Assembly: GCA_043760765.1 (NCBI GenBank)
Contig: JAYUOR010000493.1
Coordinates: forward strand, 1-25,600
Reading direction: 5' to 3'
Source of the DNA: Planctomycetota bacterium
Lineage (GTDB): Bacteria; Planctomycetota; UBA1135; GCA-002686595
Length of the DNA: 25,600 nucleotides
Made by a program: the position numbers and the translations under genes. The notes under the pieces are model-generated. The model was not told the origin of the DNA, made no database searches, and saw only the letters and a list, made by a program, of their open reading frames with translations. Shown here piece by piece: positions 17,820 to 25,600 of the stretch; within the stretch, counting starts at the first letter, position 1; each line of letters begins with the position of its first letter.

Positions 17820-18935
17820 CTACTTGCGGGCGCCGCGACGCCGCCAGCCGATCGCGACGGCGATGACCACGCCGATGACGGCGGGGTAAAGCCAGATTCG
17901 TCGCCGGGCGCTCGGCTCGGGCTGCTTTTCTGTGGCTTGAGGCTTGTCGGCTTGTCTTTCCAGCGCGCGAACCGTGATCGCGATCGCCTCGCTTTCCAAG
18001 GTTCGATAGCAAGCTGGCGGGGTCGTGTCGAAGTACGAAAACGCGATCTGCGGCAGGCGCGTCGAGCGTTCACTGGTCGGAGCGAGGTCGTACTCGATCG
18101 TGCGCAGCGTGCGCGAGCGGTGCTCGACCGAACCGTGCACGCGCCAGCCCTCCACGGGATCGATTCGCGGCGCTTCGAAGGACTCGAGATTGCCGTCGCC
18201 TTCGATCGAGAGCGTGAGTTTCACGCTGGAATTCAAGTCGATTTCACGCGCATTCACTTCGCTGCGCAGCGTGAGCCGGCCCACCGCGCCAAAGAAACCC
18301 GCGGGGCGACCGCTCTCCGGCAGCGGCATGATCGTCACGCTGCGCGCGGCACTGCGCACGATCGCCTCGACCCGATCTTGCGCGCTGTTGTCCTGCAGCG
18401 CGCGCTCGCCAAAGCGTGTCGCATAGGCGAAGCGCAATCGCACTTGCGGGAAAACCAGCTCGCCCGGATTCGTGGCGAGCCAGCTGCGCTCGATCTCGAA
18501 CGAGCGCAGCCGGCGCCCATCGACTCGTGTGTCGTCGACCGCGCGCGCGCGGGTCAGGGTCGAGTTGAGCACGAAAGTCTTGCCCGCTTTCTGCGCGGGC
18601 TCCGACTCCTCCAGCAGCGTGGCGTTCGGCAATTGATCGAGCCACGGCACTTCGAGCTGCACCGGCACATCCATCGACGGCCGAAACAGCGCAATCAGAT
18701 TGCTCTTGAACAGCTCCTCGTCGAATGCGAAGCGCAGACTGACGTGAATCGGCTCGCCCACGAAGTAGTTCGCGCGCTCCGTGAGCAGCTCGACGGACGC
18801 CAATCCATCCGCGGTCACGTCCTTGGCCGCCTCGTCGGCGAACGGCTCCTGGCCGAGGTCCTGGGGGGTAGCGTGTGCCGTGCCAACCGCGGCGAGCAGG
18901 ACTAGCCCGGTGTGCCAGGTGAAAATGGGACTCAC
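17820..18935 (-). CDS. BatD-like (oxygen-tolerance) protein with C-terminal membrane anchor
   Basis: Probable start GTG 18935 with signal peptide (MSPIFTWHTGLVLLAAVGTAHA). Motifs YFVGEPIHV, VTIMPLPESGRPAGFFGAVGRLTL, VKLTLSIEGDGNL and LPQIAFSYFD are typical of BatD. Ends in a TM helix plus basic tail (IWLYPAVIGVVIAVAIGWRRRGARK). Confidence 0.75.
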   Translation of the reverse strand: MSPIFTWHTGLVLLAAVGTAHATPQDLGQEPFADEAAKDVTADGLASVELLTERANYFVGEPIHVSLRFAFDEELFKSNLIALFRPSMDVPVQLEVPWLDQLPNATLLEESEPAQKAGKTFVLNSTLTRARAVDDTRVDGRRLRSFEIERSWLATNPGELVFPQVRLRFAYATRFGERALQDNSAQDRVEAIVRSAARSVTIMPLPESGRPAGFFGAVGRLTLRSEVNAREIDLNSSVKLTLSIEGDGNLESFEAPRIDPVEGWRVHGSVEHRSRTLRTIEYDLAPTSERSTRLPQIAFSYFDTTPPACYRTLESEAIAITVRALERQADKPQATEKQPEPSARRRIWLYPAVIGVVIAVAIGWRRRGARK

Positions 18936-19131
18936 GCTGCGTGGTCTTGCGCCATGCCGAGCAGGGCTGTGGAAGTGTCGGGATCGATGGACATTGCCGG
19001 CAGGGGATAGCAGCGTCAGGGGCACACTACCACAGCCATTCCGGTATCTGGCCCGTCGCCGATCTGCTATGCGGTGACTACGATCAGTCCGAGCACGGCA
19101 AGCTCATCACAATGATCAGGGAGCTATCGAA

Positions 19132-20190
19132 GTGACTGGCGCCAACCTACCCGTTCCCGCCGGCTACTCGGACTGGCTGCGGGACCTCAAGCTGCGCATT
19201 CAAGGCGCGCGCCAGCGCGCGCTGCTGGCCGCCAACGCTGAGCAGCTCCAGCTCTACCATCACATCGGCCGCGAGCTGCTCGACCGCCGCGACCGCGACG
19301 GTTGGGGGGCCAAGGTCGTCGATCGGTTGGCTCAGGACCTTCGAGATGCCTTCCCTGAAATGAAGGGTCTTTCGGCTTCGAATCTAAAGTACATGCGGTT
19401 TTTCGCGCAGGAATGCCCGGAGCGCCAATTTGGTCAGCAGTCCGCTGACCAATTGCCCTGGTTCCATATCGTCGCCCTGATCACGAAGCTGAGCGACCCG
19501 GCGATGCGGGCCTGGTACGCGCGGGCCGCGGTCGAGCGGTCTTGGTCGCGTGAGGCGCTGCTCGGCCAGATTCGCGCCGGCGCCCACCTGCGGCAGGGTA
19601 CCGCCGTGACCAACTTCGAGCGTCGCCTGCCGGCCTCTGACGCGGGACTCGCGCAAGAGATTCTGAAGGACCCCTACCACTTCGACTTTCTGGGTTTGGG
19701 CGAGGAGGCGCACGAGCGCGACATCGAAAACGCCCTCATGCGACACATCACACGTTTCCTGCTCGAGCTTGGCGCAGGCTTCGCCTTCGTAGGTCGACAG
19801 TACAGACTCGAGGTAGCGGGCGATGAGTTCTTCCTCGACCTGCTCTTCTTTCACACGCGTTTGAAGTGTTTCGTGGCGGTCGAACTGAAGGCACACGAGT
19901 TCAGGCCCGAGCACGCGGGCAAGCTGAACTTCTATCTTGCGGCTCTCGACGCACAACTGAAGGCCTCCGACGACAAGCCGACGATCGGCCTGCTGCTTTG
20001 CCGCCGCAAGAACCGCATCGTCGCGGAGTACGCGCTGTCGGGCATCGACAAGCCGATCTGGATTGCCGAATATCAACTCGTGCGCGCGCTGCCCGACCCG
20101 CTCGACACGAATCTACCTTCGATCGAAGCGCTCGAGTCCGAGCTCTCGCGGGAGCTGAATGAGCCGGAGACGGGTGAGGAGCGGCCGTGA
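19132..20190 (+). CDS. yhcG: YhcG/DUF1016 family PD-(D/E)XK nuclease
   Basis: LYHHIGRELL...GWGAKVVDRLAQDL...FPEMKGLSASNLKYMRFFA, LPWFHIV, ILKDPYHFDFLGL, FLLELGAGFAFVGRQY, DLLFFH...VAVELK, GKLNFYL and PTIGLLLC. AGGGAG RBS at 19118-19123. Confidence 0.95.
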   Translation: MTGANLPVPAGYSDWLRDLKLRIQGARQRALLAANAEQLQLYHHIGRELLDRRDRDGWGAKVVDRLAQDLRDAFPEMKGLSASNLKYMRFFAQECPERQFGQQSADQLPWFHIVALITKLSDPAMRAWYARAAVERSWSREALLGQIRAGAHLRQGTAVTNFERRLPASDAGLAQEILKDPYHFDFLGLGEEAHERDIENALMRHITRFLLELGAGFAFVGRQYRLEVAGDEFFLDLLFFHTRLKCFVAVELKAHEFRPEHAGKLNFYLAALDAQLKASDDKPTIGLLLCRRKNRIVAEYALSGIDKPIWIAEYQLVRALPDPLDTNLPSIEALESELSRELNEPETGEERP

Positions 20191-20770
20191 ACTCTCCGCA
20201 GTAGCCGAAGTAGAAGGCGAGCGGCGGCGAGTGGCTGCAGACTACTCGCAGGTCTCCGCCGCCGTTGCGATCAGGATCTAGATAGGGCGATGGAATTCAT
20301 CTGAAGCCAATCGCCGCGGCGTCGCTCGACGGGCTCAATCTTTCGCCGGTCGACGCGGCCAAGATGATGCGTGCCAGGCTCTCGGAGCTGGCCAAGACAG
20401 AGCTCGCCGAAAGATTGGACAAGGCCCTCGCTGCTCTCGATCCCGAGCTTCTGCGCCTGCCCGCCTACGAGCGCGAAGGCCCGAGCGGACCGCAGCCCGG
20501 CAACCGCCGCGGCAATCGCCAGCGTCCGCCACCGGGCCGCTGAACCGGCAGGCGCTCGGGCGCCAAGGCGCTGTTGGCCGTCTTACGGACGCGACTGAAC
20601 CAGCAACTTGACGAGTTCGCCGTTGGCCATGCAGTCAACGGCGTGATTGCCTTGCTATCGTGAGCGCAGGTGTGAATTCGAAAGCTGGCCTCGGGTACGA
20701 ATCGCGAATCGGGAGTGTTCGGCTCACCGTCCACGACACTGCGCCTGGCCCTTCGGATCCATTGGAAGCC

Positions 20771-21514
20771 ATGACCATGAACTTCTGCGCGCGCACCCTG
20801 ATCAGTACCACGCTACTCTTGCTCTGCGTAATCTCCTGCTCGGCGACGCAGACAGCGGTGGACATCGGGCCGGGTACCGTCGAAACGGCGGTCAACGCAG
20901 CGGTCGGCATTCTGCCCGTGCCTCGCGGCCCCCTGGAGTTGTTCACGGGCACTGGCGCCGGCCTCACGCTCAGGGAACTGACCGCACGATTGTCGAATCT
21001 GACAGGCGTGACCTATTCGATGTCGGACAGTACGGGAAAGCGCATGAGCAAAGACTTGGTCACGCTCAGTCAGGACAAGCCGATTCCCGCGGCCGAGGTC
21101 TATCCTTCGGTTGAGTCCATCCTGCATCAGAACGGTTACATGCTCGCGATCCTCGAGGGAGGTCCGGCGGCGCTGGTCGGAGTTTATTGGAAGGCAGAGC
21201 CGGGGCGGAATGCACCGTCATTCAAGTTGGACGCGGCTCATCTCGAAGAGTGTCGTGTGCATCCGGCAACCTTCTTCACGACCGTCCTGACCTTGCCTGA
21301 CACGGATGTGCGTTCGGTCGGCAACTCGCTGCGGATTCTCTCGCCCGATTCGCAGACGGGCGGCGTCGTACCTGTCGGTATGACGAGCAGTGTGATCCTC
21401 TCCGGCACCGGGCGCGAAGTCGCGGACCTCGCCGCATTGCTATTGAAAGTCAAGGCCGACGCGAGGCTCGGCAAGCCAGCGCTGGCGCCGGTCGCTGCAC
21501 CGGCAACGCGCTGA
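20771..21514 (+). CDS. Predicted lipoprotein made of secretin-like N0/N1 periplasmic domains, lacking a secretin barrel
   Basis: Probable start ATG 20771 (or 20777) with hydrophobic signal and lipobox VISC. LTLRELTARLSNLTGVTY...VTLSQDKPIPAAEVYPSVESILHQNGYML resembles GspD N0. TTVLTLPDTDVRSVGNSLRIL...VPVGMTSSVILSGTGREVADLAALL resembles the Secretin_N (N1) repeat. Recognised by eye, not by HMM. Confidence 0.6.
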   Translation: MTMNFCARTLISTTLLLLCVISCSATQTAVDIGPGTVETAVNAAVGILPVPRGPLELFTGTGAGLTLRELTARLSNLTGVTYSMSDSTGKRMSKDLVTLSQDKPIPAAEVYPSVESILHQNGYMLAILEGGPAALVGVYWKAEPGRNAPSFKLDAAHLEECRVHPATFFTTVLTLPDTDVRSVGNSLRILSPDSQTGGVVPVGMTSSVILSGTGREVADLAALLLKVKADARLGKPALAPVAAPATR

Positions 21515-21531
21515 CTGCTACTCTACGCAAG

Positions 21532-22674
21532 TTGCTTCCATACACAGAGTTTCAGCTTGGCTATGCAATCGGGACGTTCGTCCTTGCCGTGCTTGCGTGG
21601 CGCTGGCTCGGGCGATTGTCGCAACTTGCGGCCAGGCCGTTCGTGCACATCCTTGCAACCGGCGTGTCGATGGCAGGGCCGGCGCTGGTTGCCGCGCTGG
21701 TCGCCGACAGTGGCTTCGCGGTTGTCGCGATCTTGTTCTACACAGGCGCTCTCGCGCTGCCGCTGCTGATCCTCTGGCAGCAGCGCGGCGCGCAGCGCAA
21801 AAATTTCGCTCTGATCGCGCTCGCGCTGCTCGCACCGCTGATCGCCGGGTACTCGGCTTTCGTGGCGCCCAACGATTTGCGCGTGGTCGAGCGCGAACTC
21901 GCCTTCCAGGCCTGGCCAGCGGATGCAGCGTCGTTCAAGATCGTGCAGATCTCCGACCTGCAGACCGTCGGCCCCTGCGCTCGCCAGGACGAAGCCGTGG
22001 CGCGCATCAACGCGTTGGAGCCCGACCTGATCGCGATCTGCGGAGACTACATCGCCGGTCCGTTCTTCGAGCCAGAGCCCGCGATCGATGCTGCGCGCAC
22101 GTTCCTGGGAGCGTTGCGCGCGAAACACGGAATCGTCTGCGTCAAGGGACATTCCGAGCCGCGCTTCCTGCGCGATCGCGTCTTAGACGGACTTGGGCTT
22201 CGCTATCTCGACGACGACGAGTTCACGATCGAGCTTGGGCCCGATCGGCGGCTGCGGATCATCGGCCTGGGTTTCGATGAGCCGCGCTTTGCGCCACGCC
22301 GCGCAGCAGGCACGCTGACACTGGTGCTGAGCCATGTGCCCGATCAGTCGCGCGAGTTGATCGGTCTCGAAGTCGACCTGCACCTGGCCGGTCACACCCA
22401 TGGCGGCCAGATCGTGATTCCTGGTTTTGGCGCGCCGTTGACGCTGACGAATCTGCCGCGCGAATTTGCGCGCGGATTGTTCGGCTTCGGCGACCACTGG
22501 TTGAGCGTGAGCCCCGGCATCGGCATGGAAGGCTTCCATGCGCCGCGCGTGCGCTTGTTCTGTCCGCCCGAAATCGACGTGCTACTTCTGCGCGGTGGAG
22601 GCGGGCCCTTCAGCTGGGTCGAGCCGCCGCCAGCTGGTGCGGTCAGTGCGACGCGACACGCCGGTATTCGATGA
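21532..22674 (+). CDS. Membrane-anchored calcineurin-like metallophosphoesterase (YkuE/LpxG-like)
   Basis: About four N-terminal TM helices; motifs QISDLQ, PDLIAICGDY, VKGHSE, LVLSHVPD, LHLAGHTHGGQI and VSPGIG. TTG start. Confidence 0.88.
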   Translation: MLPYTEFQLGYAIGTFVLAVLAWRWLGRLSQLAARPFVHILATGVSMAGPALVAALVADSGFAVVAILFYTGALALPLLILWQQRGAQRKNFALIALALLAPLIAGYSAFVAPNDLRVVERELAFQAWPADAASFKIVQISDLQTVGPCARQDEAVARINALEPDLIAICGDYIAGPFFEPEPAIDAARTFLGALRAKHGIVCVKGHSEPRFLRDRVLDGLGLRYLDDDEFTIELGPDRRLRIIGLGFDEPRFAPRRAAGTLTLVLSHVPDQSRELIGLEVDLHLAGHTHGGQIVIPGFGAPLTLTNLPREFARGLFGFGDHWLSVSPGIGMEGFHAPRVRLFCPPEIDVLLLRGGGGPFSWVEPPPAGAVSATRHAGIR

Positions 22675-23116
22675 TCTCGCGCTGGGTGCGGCCGTTTTCG
22701 ACCCCGGAGACCTCGGCGCGCAGGCTGTTGCCGTTGCGGCGATACTCGATGCGCTGGGGGAAGTCGTGCTCGGGGTTCTCGAAGCGCACCCATTCGATAC
22801 CGCGATCCACGAGCTGGAACTCGACCGGCGCCGCGCCGGGGAGTTCTGCGACATAGACGTAGTTCTTGCCGCGCGGCTCGATCGACAGGACCTCGTGGAA
22901 GACCTCGCGTTCACCTCGCAGGGTGCGGCCCACGCCGTGCATGCTCCACCCCTCGTTGAGCTTCCAGACCTCCTCGGTCGTTTCGCGCGCGGTGGTCTGC
23001 GCCCAGCGGCCTTCGAGGAAGCCGAAATCGTTCAAAGGACCGTTCGCCGGCCGCCAGCTCGCGCAGGCCGCGCTGAATGTGAGAATGCCGCAGCTCAGAT
23101 ATCGCCAGTGCTTCAT
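22643..23116 (-). CDS. DUF6265-like secreted protein (possible lipoprotein)
   Basis: AGGAG RBS and ATG 23116 with signal peptide. FGFLEGRW...EEVWKL...MHGVG...FENPEHDFPQRIEYRR...LRAEVSG matches my recollection of DUF6265. Its 3' end overlaps the convergent phosphoesterase gene by 32 nt. Confidence 0.75.
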   Translation of the reverse strand: MKHWRYLSCGILTFSAACASWRPANGPLNDFGFLEGRWAQTTARETTEEVWKLNEGWSMHGVGRTLRGEREVFHEVLSIEPRGKNYVYVAELPGAAPVEFQLVDRGIEWVRFENPEHDFPQRIEYRRNGNSLRAEVSGVENGRTQREIIEYRRVASH

Positions 23117-23493
23117 TTGGAGTAGCTCCTAGTGGCCCGCCGGCGTCGGACTCGGGCTTGTGCCCCTGACGCCCTGGACAAGCGCTGCTGCCACAGCGTG
23201 CCGCAGGGCCGGCGGATTGAAATGGGGCCTCGACTCTGCCCCGACAAGGGAACACTACCCACCAATATGGCCGATTGTTACAGGCTTTTTCGCGGGCGCT
23301 TTCCTCGCGCGCCGGATTCCGTACCGTACTGGAATGCAGATTCGCCCGCGCCCTCACACCGGCTTTGGCGGCATGCGCCTCGGCTGGGTGAGCCTCGAAC
23401 TCGTCCGGCGCGAGTCGAAGCGCGCCGGTACGGAATCCGCTCTGGCGCGGGTGTTCACCTACGATCCGCGTCGCTTGACGGAGTGAGGCCAGA

Positions 23494-24405
23494 TTGCCGT
23501 CGAATCGAATCTTCGTCACCGGAGCGAGCGGGTTCATCGGGCGCGCGTTGCTCGAGCAGGTCCGCGCCGATGGGCTGGAGACGGTGCGCGCACTGTCGCG
23601 CAGCGCGCAACCCCAGGCGACAGGCGTCGAGTGGGTGCAGGGCGACCTGGCGAAGGTCGAAGCGTGGGCGCCGCGGCTCGCGGGCTGCGACACGCTGTTG
23701 CACCTTGGCGCGAGTACCGGCCGCGCGTCCGCCGCCGAACACGAACTCGTCAATCTTCTGGGCACACGTTCGCTCGTGCGCGCCGCGCGCGACGCCGGTG
23801 TTGGGCGCATCGTTTTCGTCAGCACGATTGCTGCGGCCTATCCTGAAGTCGACCGCTATCCCTACGCCGCCGCGAAACGCGCCGCGGAGAAAGCCGTGAG
23901 CGCCGGTGCCCTGGGCTGGACGATTCTGCGTCCGACGATCGTGCTCGGGCAAGCTGGCGGCATCGGGCCCAAGCTGCTCGATTTCGCGAAGCGTGCTCGC
24001 ACGCCGCTGTTCGGCGACGGCAATGTGCGCGTTCAGCCGATCGGCGAGCGCGACGTCGCGCGGCTGATCCTCGAAGCGATGCGCGATTCAGCCACACTGC
24101 GCCAGACAATCGACTTGGGCGGGCCGGACGTGCTCACTTTCGCGGAGCTGTTGCGCCGACTGCGCGCCGCGCTGGGACAGCAGCCCGAAAAATTCCTGCG
24201 CTTCCCGCTGCGCCCCGCCATGTCGACGTTGTGGATCGTCGAGCGCTGTCTGGGCCCGCGGCTGCCGGTGCTCGCCGGCCAGCTGTACGCTTTTCGCTAC
24301 GACTCGACGGCACGGAGCTCGACCTTCCTGGATCAGCGTATGCCGAAGATTGCGCGCATCGACTCGCTGATCGCCGGACTGGTGCGTGGAGCGGGCCGTG
24401 CTTGA
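23494..24405 (+). CDS. NAD-dependent epimerase/dehydratase (extended/atypical SDR)
   Basis: RIFVTGASGFIGRAL Rossmann motif, VQGDL, VNLLGT, FVST, YAAAKRAAE (YxxxK), LRPTIVLG and IDLGGPDVLTF. Confidence 0.9.
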   Translation: MPSNRIFVTGASGFIGRALLEQVRADGLETVRALSRSAQPQATGVEWVQGDLAKVEAWAPRLAGCDTLLHLGASTGRASAAEHELVNLLGTRSLVRAARDAGVGRIVFVSTIAAAYPEVDRYPYAAAKRAAEKAVSAGALGWTILRPTIVLGQAGGIGPKLLDFAKRARTPLFGDGNVRVQPIGERDVARLILEAMRDSATLRQTIDLGGPDVLTFAELLRRLRAALGQQPEKFLRFPLRPAMSTLWIVERCLGPRLPVLAGQLYAFRYDSTARSSTFLDQRMPKIARIDSLIAGLVRGAGRA

Positions 24406-24865
24406 GGCCGTGGAGAATTCGGAGCTGCTCGCTCTGGAGTGCAGAGCCTGGAGTCGCTATCTCGTCGATCGCATGCCGTCGGCGTCGGTTCTCTCGCGTT
24501 ATCTCGAAGCCCATGCCCAAGGCATTGTCGAGGGGCCGAAATCGAGCAGCACATTCGATTGCGCCCTGGTGCGCGTCGCGCGGGTCGCGCCGTTCCTGGC
24601 GCGCCTGTGCGACGTGCACGCGAGGATCTTCCGGCCCGCCGGTTTGTTGCGGCGCAAATTGGTGCTCACGCTCGCGCTGCTCGAGGCGGACCGCCAGAGC
24701 CATGTCCGGGTCGATGAGAACAGCGCGGACTCGCAGCTTGGAATAGGCTTGGCGCTTTGCGCGTGGCTCGTGCGCTTCGCGCTGCTCGCAACTTTGGGTC
24801 TGTTCATTTTCTTGCCACTGCGCTTGGTCTGCGGCCTGTTCGGCACGCGCGCGGAGGCTGCATGA
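24398..24865 (+). CDS. Hypothetical membrane protein, translationally coupled to both neighbours
   Basis: GGAG at 24388-24391 precedes GTG 24398, which overlaps the SDR stop by 8 nt. Its TGA overlaps the next ATG (ATGA 24862-24865). Hydrophobic C-terminus; normal codon usage. Confidence 0.7.
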   Translation: MLEAVENSELLALECRAWSRYLVDRMPSASVLSRYLEAHAQGIVEGPKSSSTFDCALVRVARVAPFLARLCDVHARIFRPAGLLRRKLVLTLALLEADRQSHVRVDENSADSQLGIGLALCAWLVRFALLATLGLFIFLPLRLVCGLFGTRAEAA

Positions 24866-25600
24866 AGTCGCTCTCGATCGTCGGCAGCGGTGCAAGCGCG
24901 GTGCACTTTGCGCAGACCGCGCTCGAACGTGGCTGGAACGTGACCATGTTCGACGTCGGCCGCTCACGGCCCGAGCACACCAGGCCGGAGCTTTCCTTCC
25001 GCGGGCTCAAAGACTCGCATCCAGGCGCCAGCGAATACTTCCTCGGAAAGCGCTTCGAAGGCGTGCTCTTCCCCGGTGCAAAGGGCGAGTACTACGGCTT
25101 TCCGCCGCACCGCGACTATGTTTTCGCGCCGCATCGAAAACTACAGACGCTCTCGAACGGATTCGATCCGCTGAGCTCCTTTGCGCGCGGCGGTCTGGCC
25201 GAGGCCTGGACCGGCGCGGTGTTCCCTTTCAGTGACGCGGAACTCGTCGACTGGCCGATCCGTCACGCTGATCTTTCGCCGCACTACGATCTTGTCGCCA
25301 GGCGCATCGGGATCGCGGGGCTGCGCGACGATCTCGAAGCCTTCGTGCCCGCTCACGCGCACCTCGATGCGCCGCTCGAGCTCGACGTGCATTCCAAGCG
25401 GCTCTCTGAACGCTACGCATTTGTCCGCGAGTTCCTGAACCAGAAACTCGGTGTTTTCGTCGGCCGCACGCGCGCGGCCGTGCTGGTCAAGGCGCGCGGC
25501 GAGCGCAAGGCCTGCGATCTCAAGGGCCGTTGTCTGTGGGGCTGCCCCAATGATTCGATCTACTCGCCACTGTTCACGCTGCGGGAACTGGAGCGTCACG
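24862..25600 (+). CDS. GMC-family FAD-dependent oxidoreductase, 3'-truncated by the window edge (absent from the ORF track)
   Basis: Hand translation from ATG 24862 is open to the window end: MKSLSIVGSGASAVHFAQTALERGWNVTMFDVG (GxGxxA FAD motif)...SFARGGLAEAWTGAVFPF...WPI...LSPHYDLVARRIGIAG...ACDLKGRCLWGCPNDSIYS. GGAG RBS at 24853-24856. Confidence 0.85.
   Translation, partial: MKSLSIVGSGASAVHFAQTALERGWNVTMFDVGRSRPEHTRPELSFRGLKDSHPGASEYFLGKRFEGVLFPGAKGEYYGFPPHRDYVFAPHRKLQTLSNGFDPLSSFARGGLAEAWTGAVFPFSDAELVDWPIRHADLSPHYDLVARRIGIAGLRDDLEAFVPAHAHLDAPLELDVHSKRLSERYAFVREFLNQKLGVFVGRTRAAVLVKARGERKACDLKGRCLWGCPNDSIYSPLFTLRELERH

Noticed and set aside
14750-18905. ORFs 14750..16135 (-) and 17799..18905 (+)
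   Set aside because: Antisense shadows of the FG-GAP and BatD-like genes.
20541-20660. Second possible TGA read-through (frame stays open for about 38 codons after TGA 20541-20543)
   Set aside because: No SECIS-like hairpin at the right distance, no domain spanning the stop, and such open stretches are common at this GC content.
23160-23486. 108-aa plus-strand ORF between the DUF6265-like and SDR genes
   Set aside because: No motif or clear RBS; lies in a divergent promoter region. A shorter ORF from ATG 23334 cannot be excluded but is unsupported.

Overview
GC-rich bacterial window, gene-dense on both strands. Gene content (CRTAC1/ASPIC-UnbV protein, Trx/PDZ protein, BatD, membrane-anchored sulfatase-like protein) suggests a Planctomycetota-like organism; this is inference only. 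Left part: 3' end of fhs, a large secreted KP-43-like S8 protease with two P domains, lpdA-lipB, and an Hpt plus HDOD-REC-GGDEF pair. Middle: GT2, a secreted thioredoxin/PDZ protein with CxxCxxC and CxxCH motifs, a membrane sulfatase-like enzyme and an FG-GAP/ASPIC-UnbV/TlpA/TPR protein. Right: orphan batD-like gene, YhcG/DUF1016 nuclease, a secretin-N-domain lipoprotein, a metallophosphoesterase, DUF6265-like gene, and the start of an SDR - hypothetical - GMC oxidoreductase operon that runs off the window. Main discovery: ORFs 14153..16105 and 16127..17785 are in the same frame and separated only by one TGA (16103-16105), which falls in the middle of a beta-propeller repeat. Exactly 11 nt after it begins a 17-nt hairpin (GCGACA-GGTCG-TGTCGC) with the geometry of the E. 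coli fdhF SECIS. This points to a ~1184-aa secreted selenoprotein of the CRTAC1/ASPIC-UnbV family that standard annotation would split in two. No rRNA, tRNA, CRISPR array or intact mobile element was recognised.
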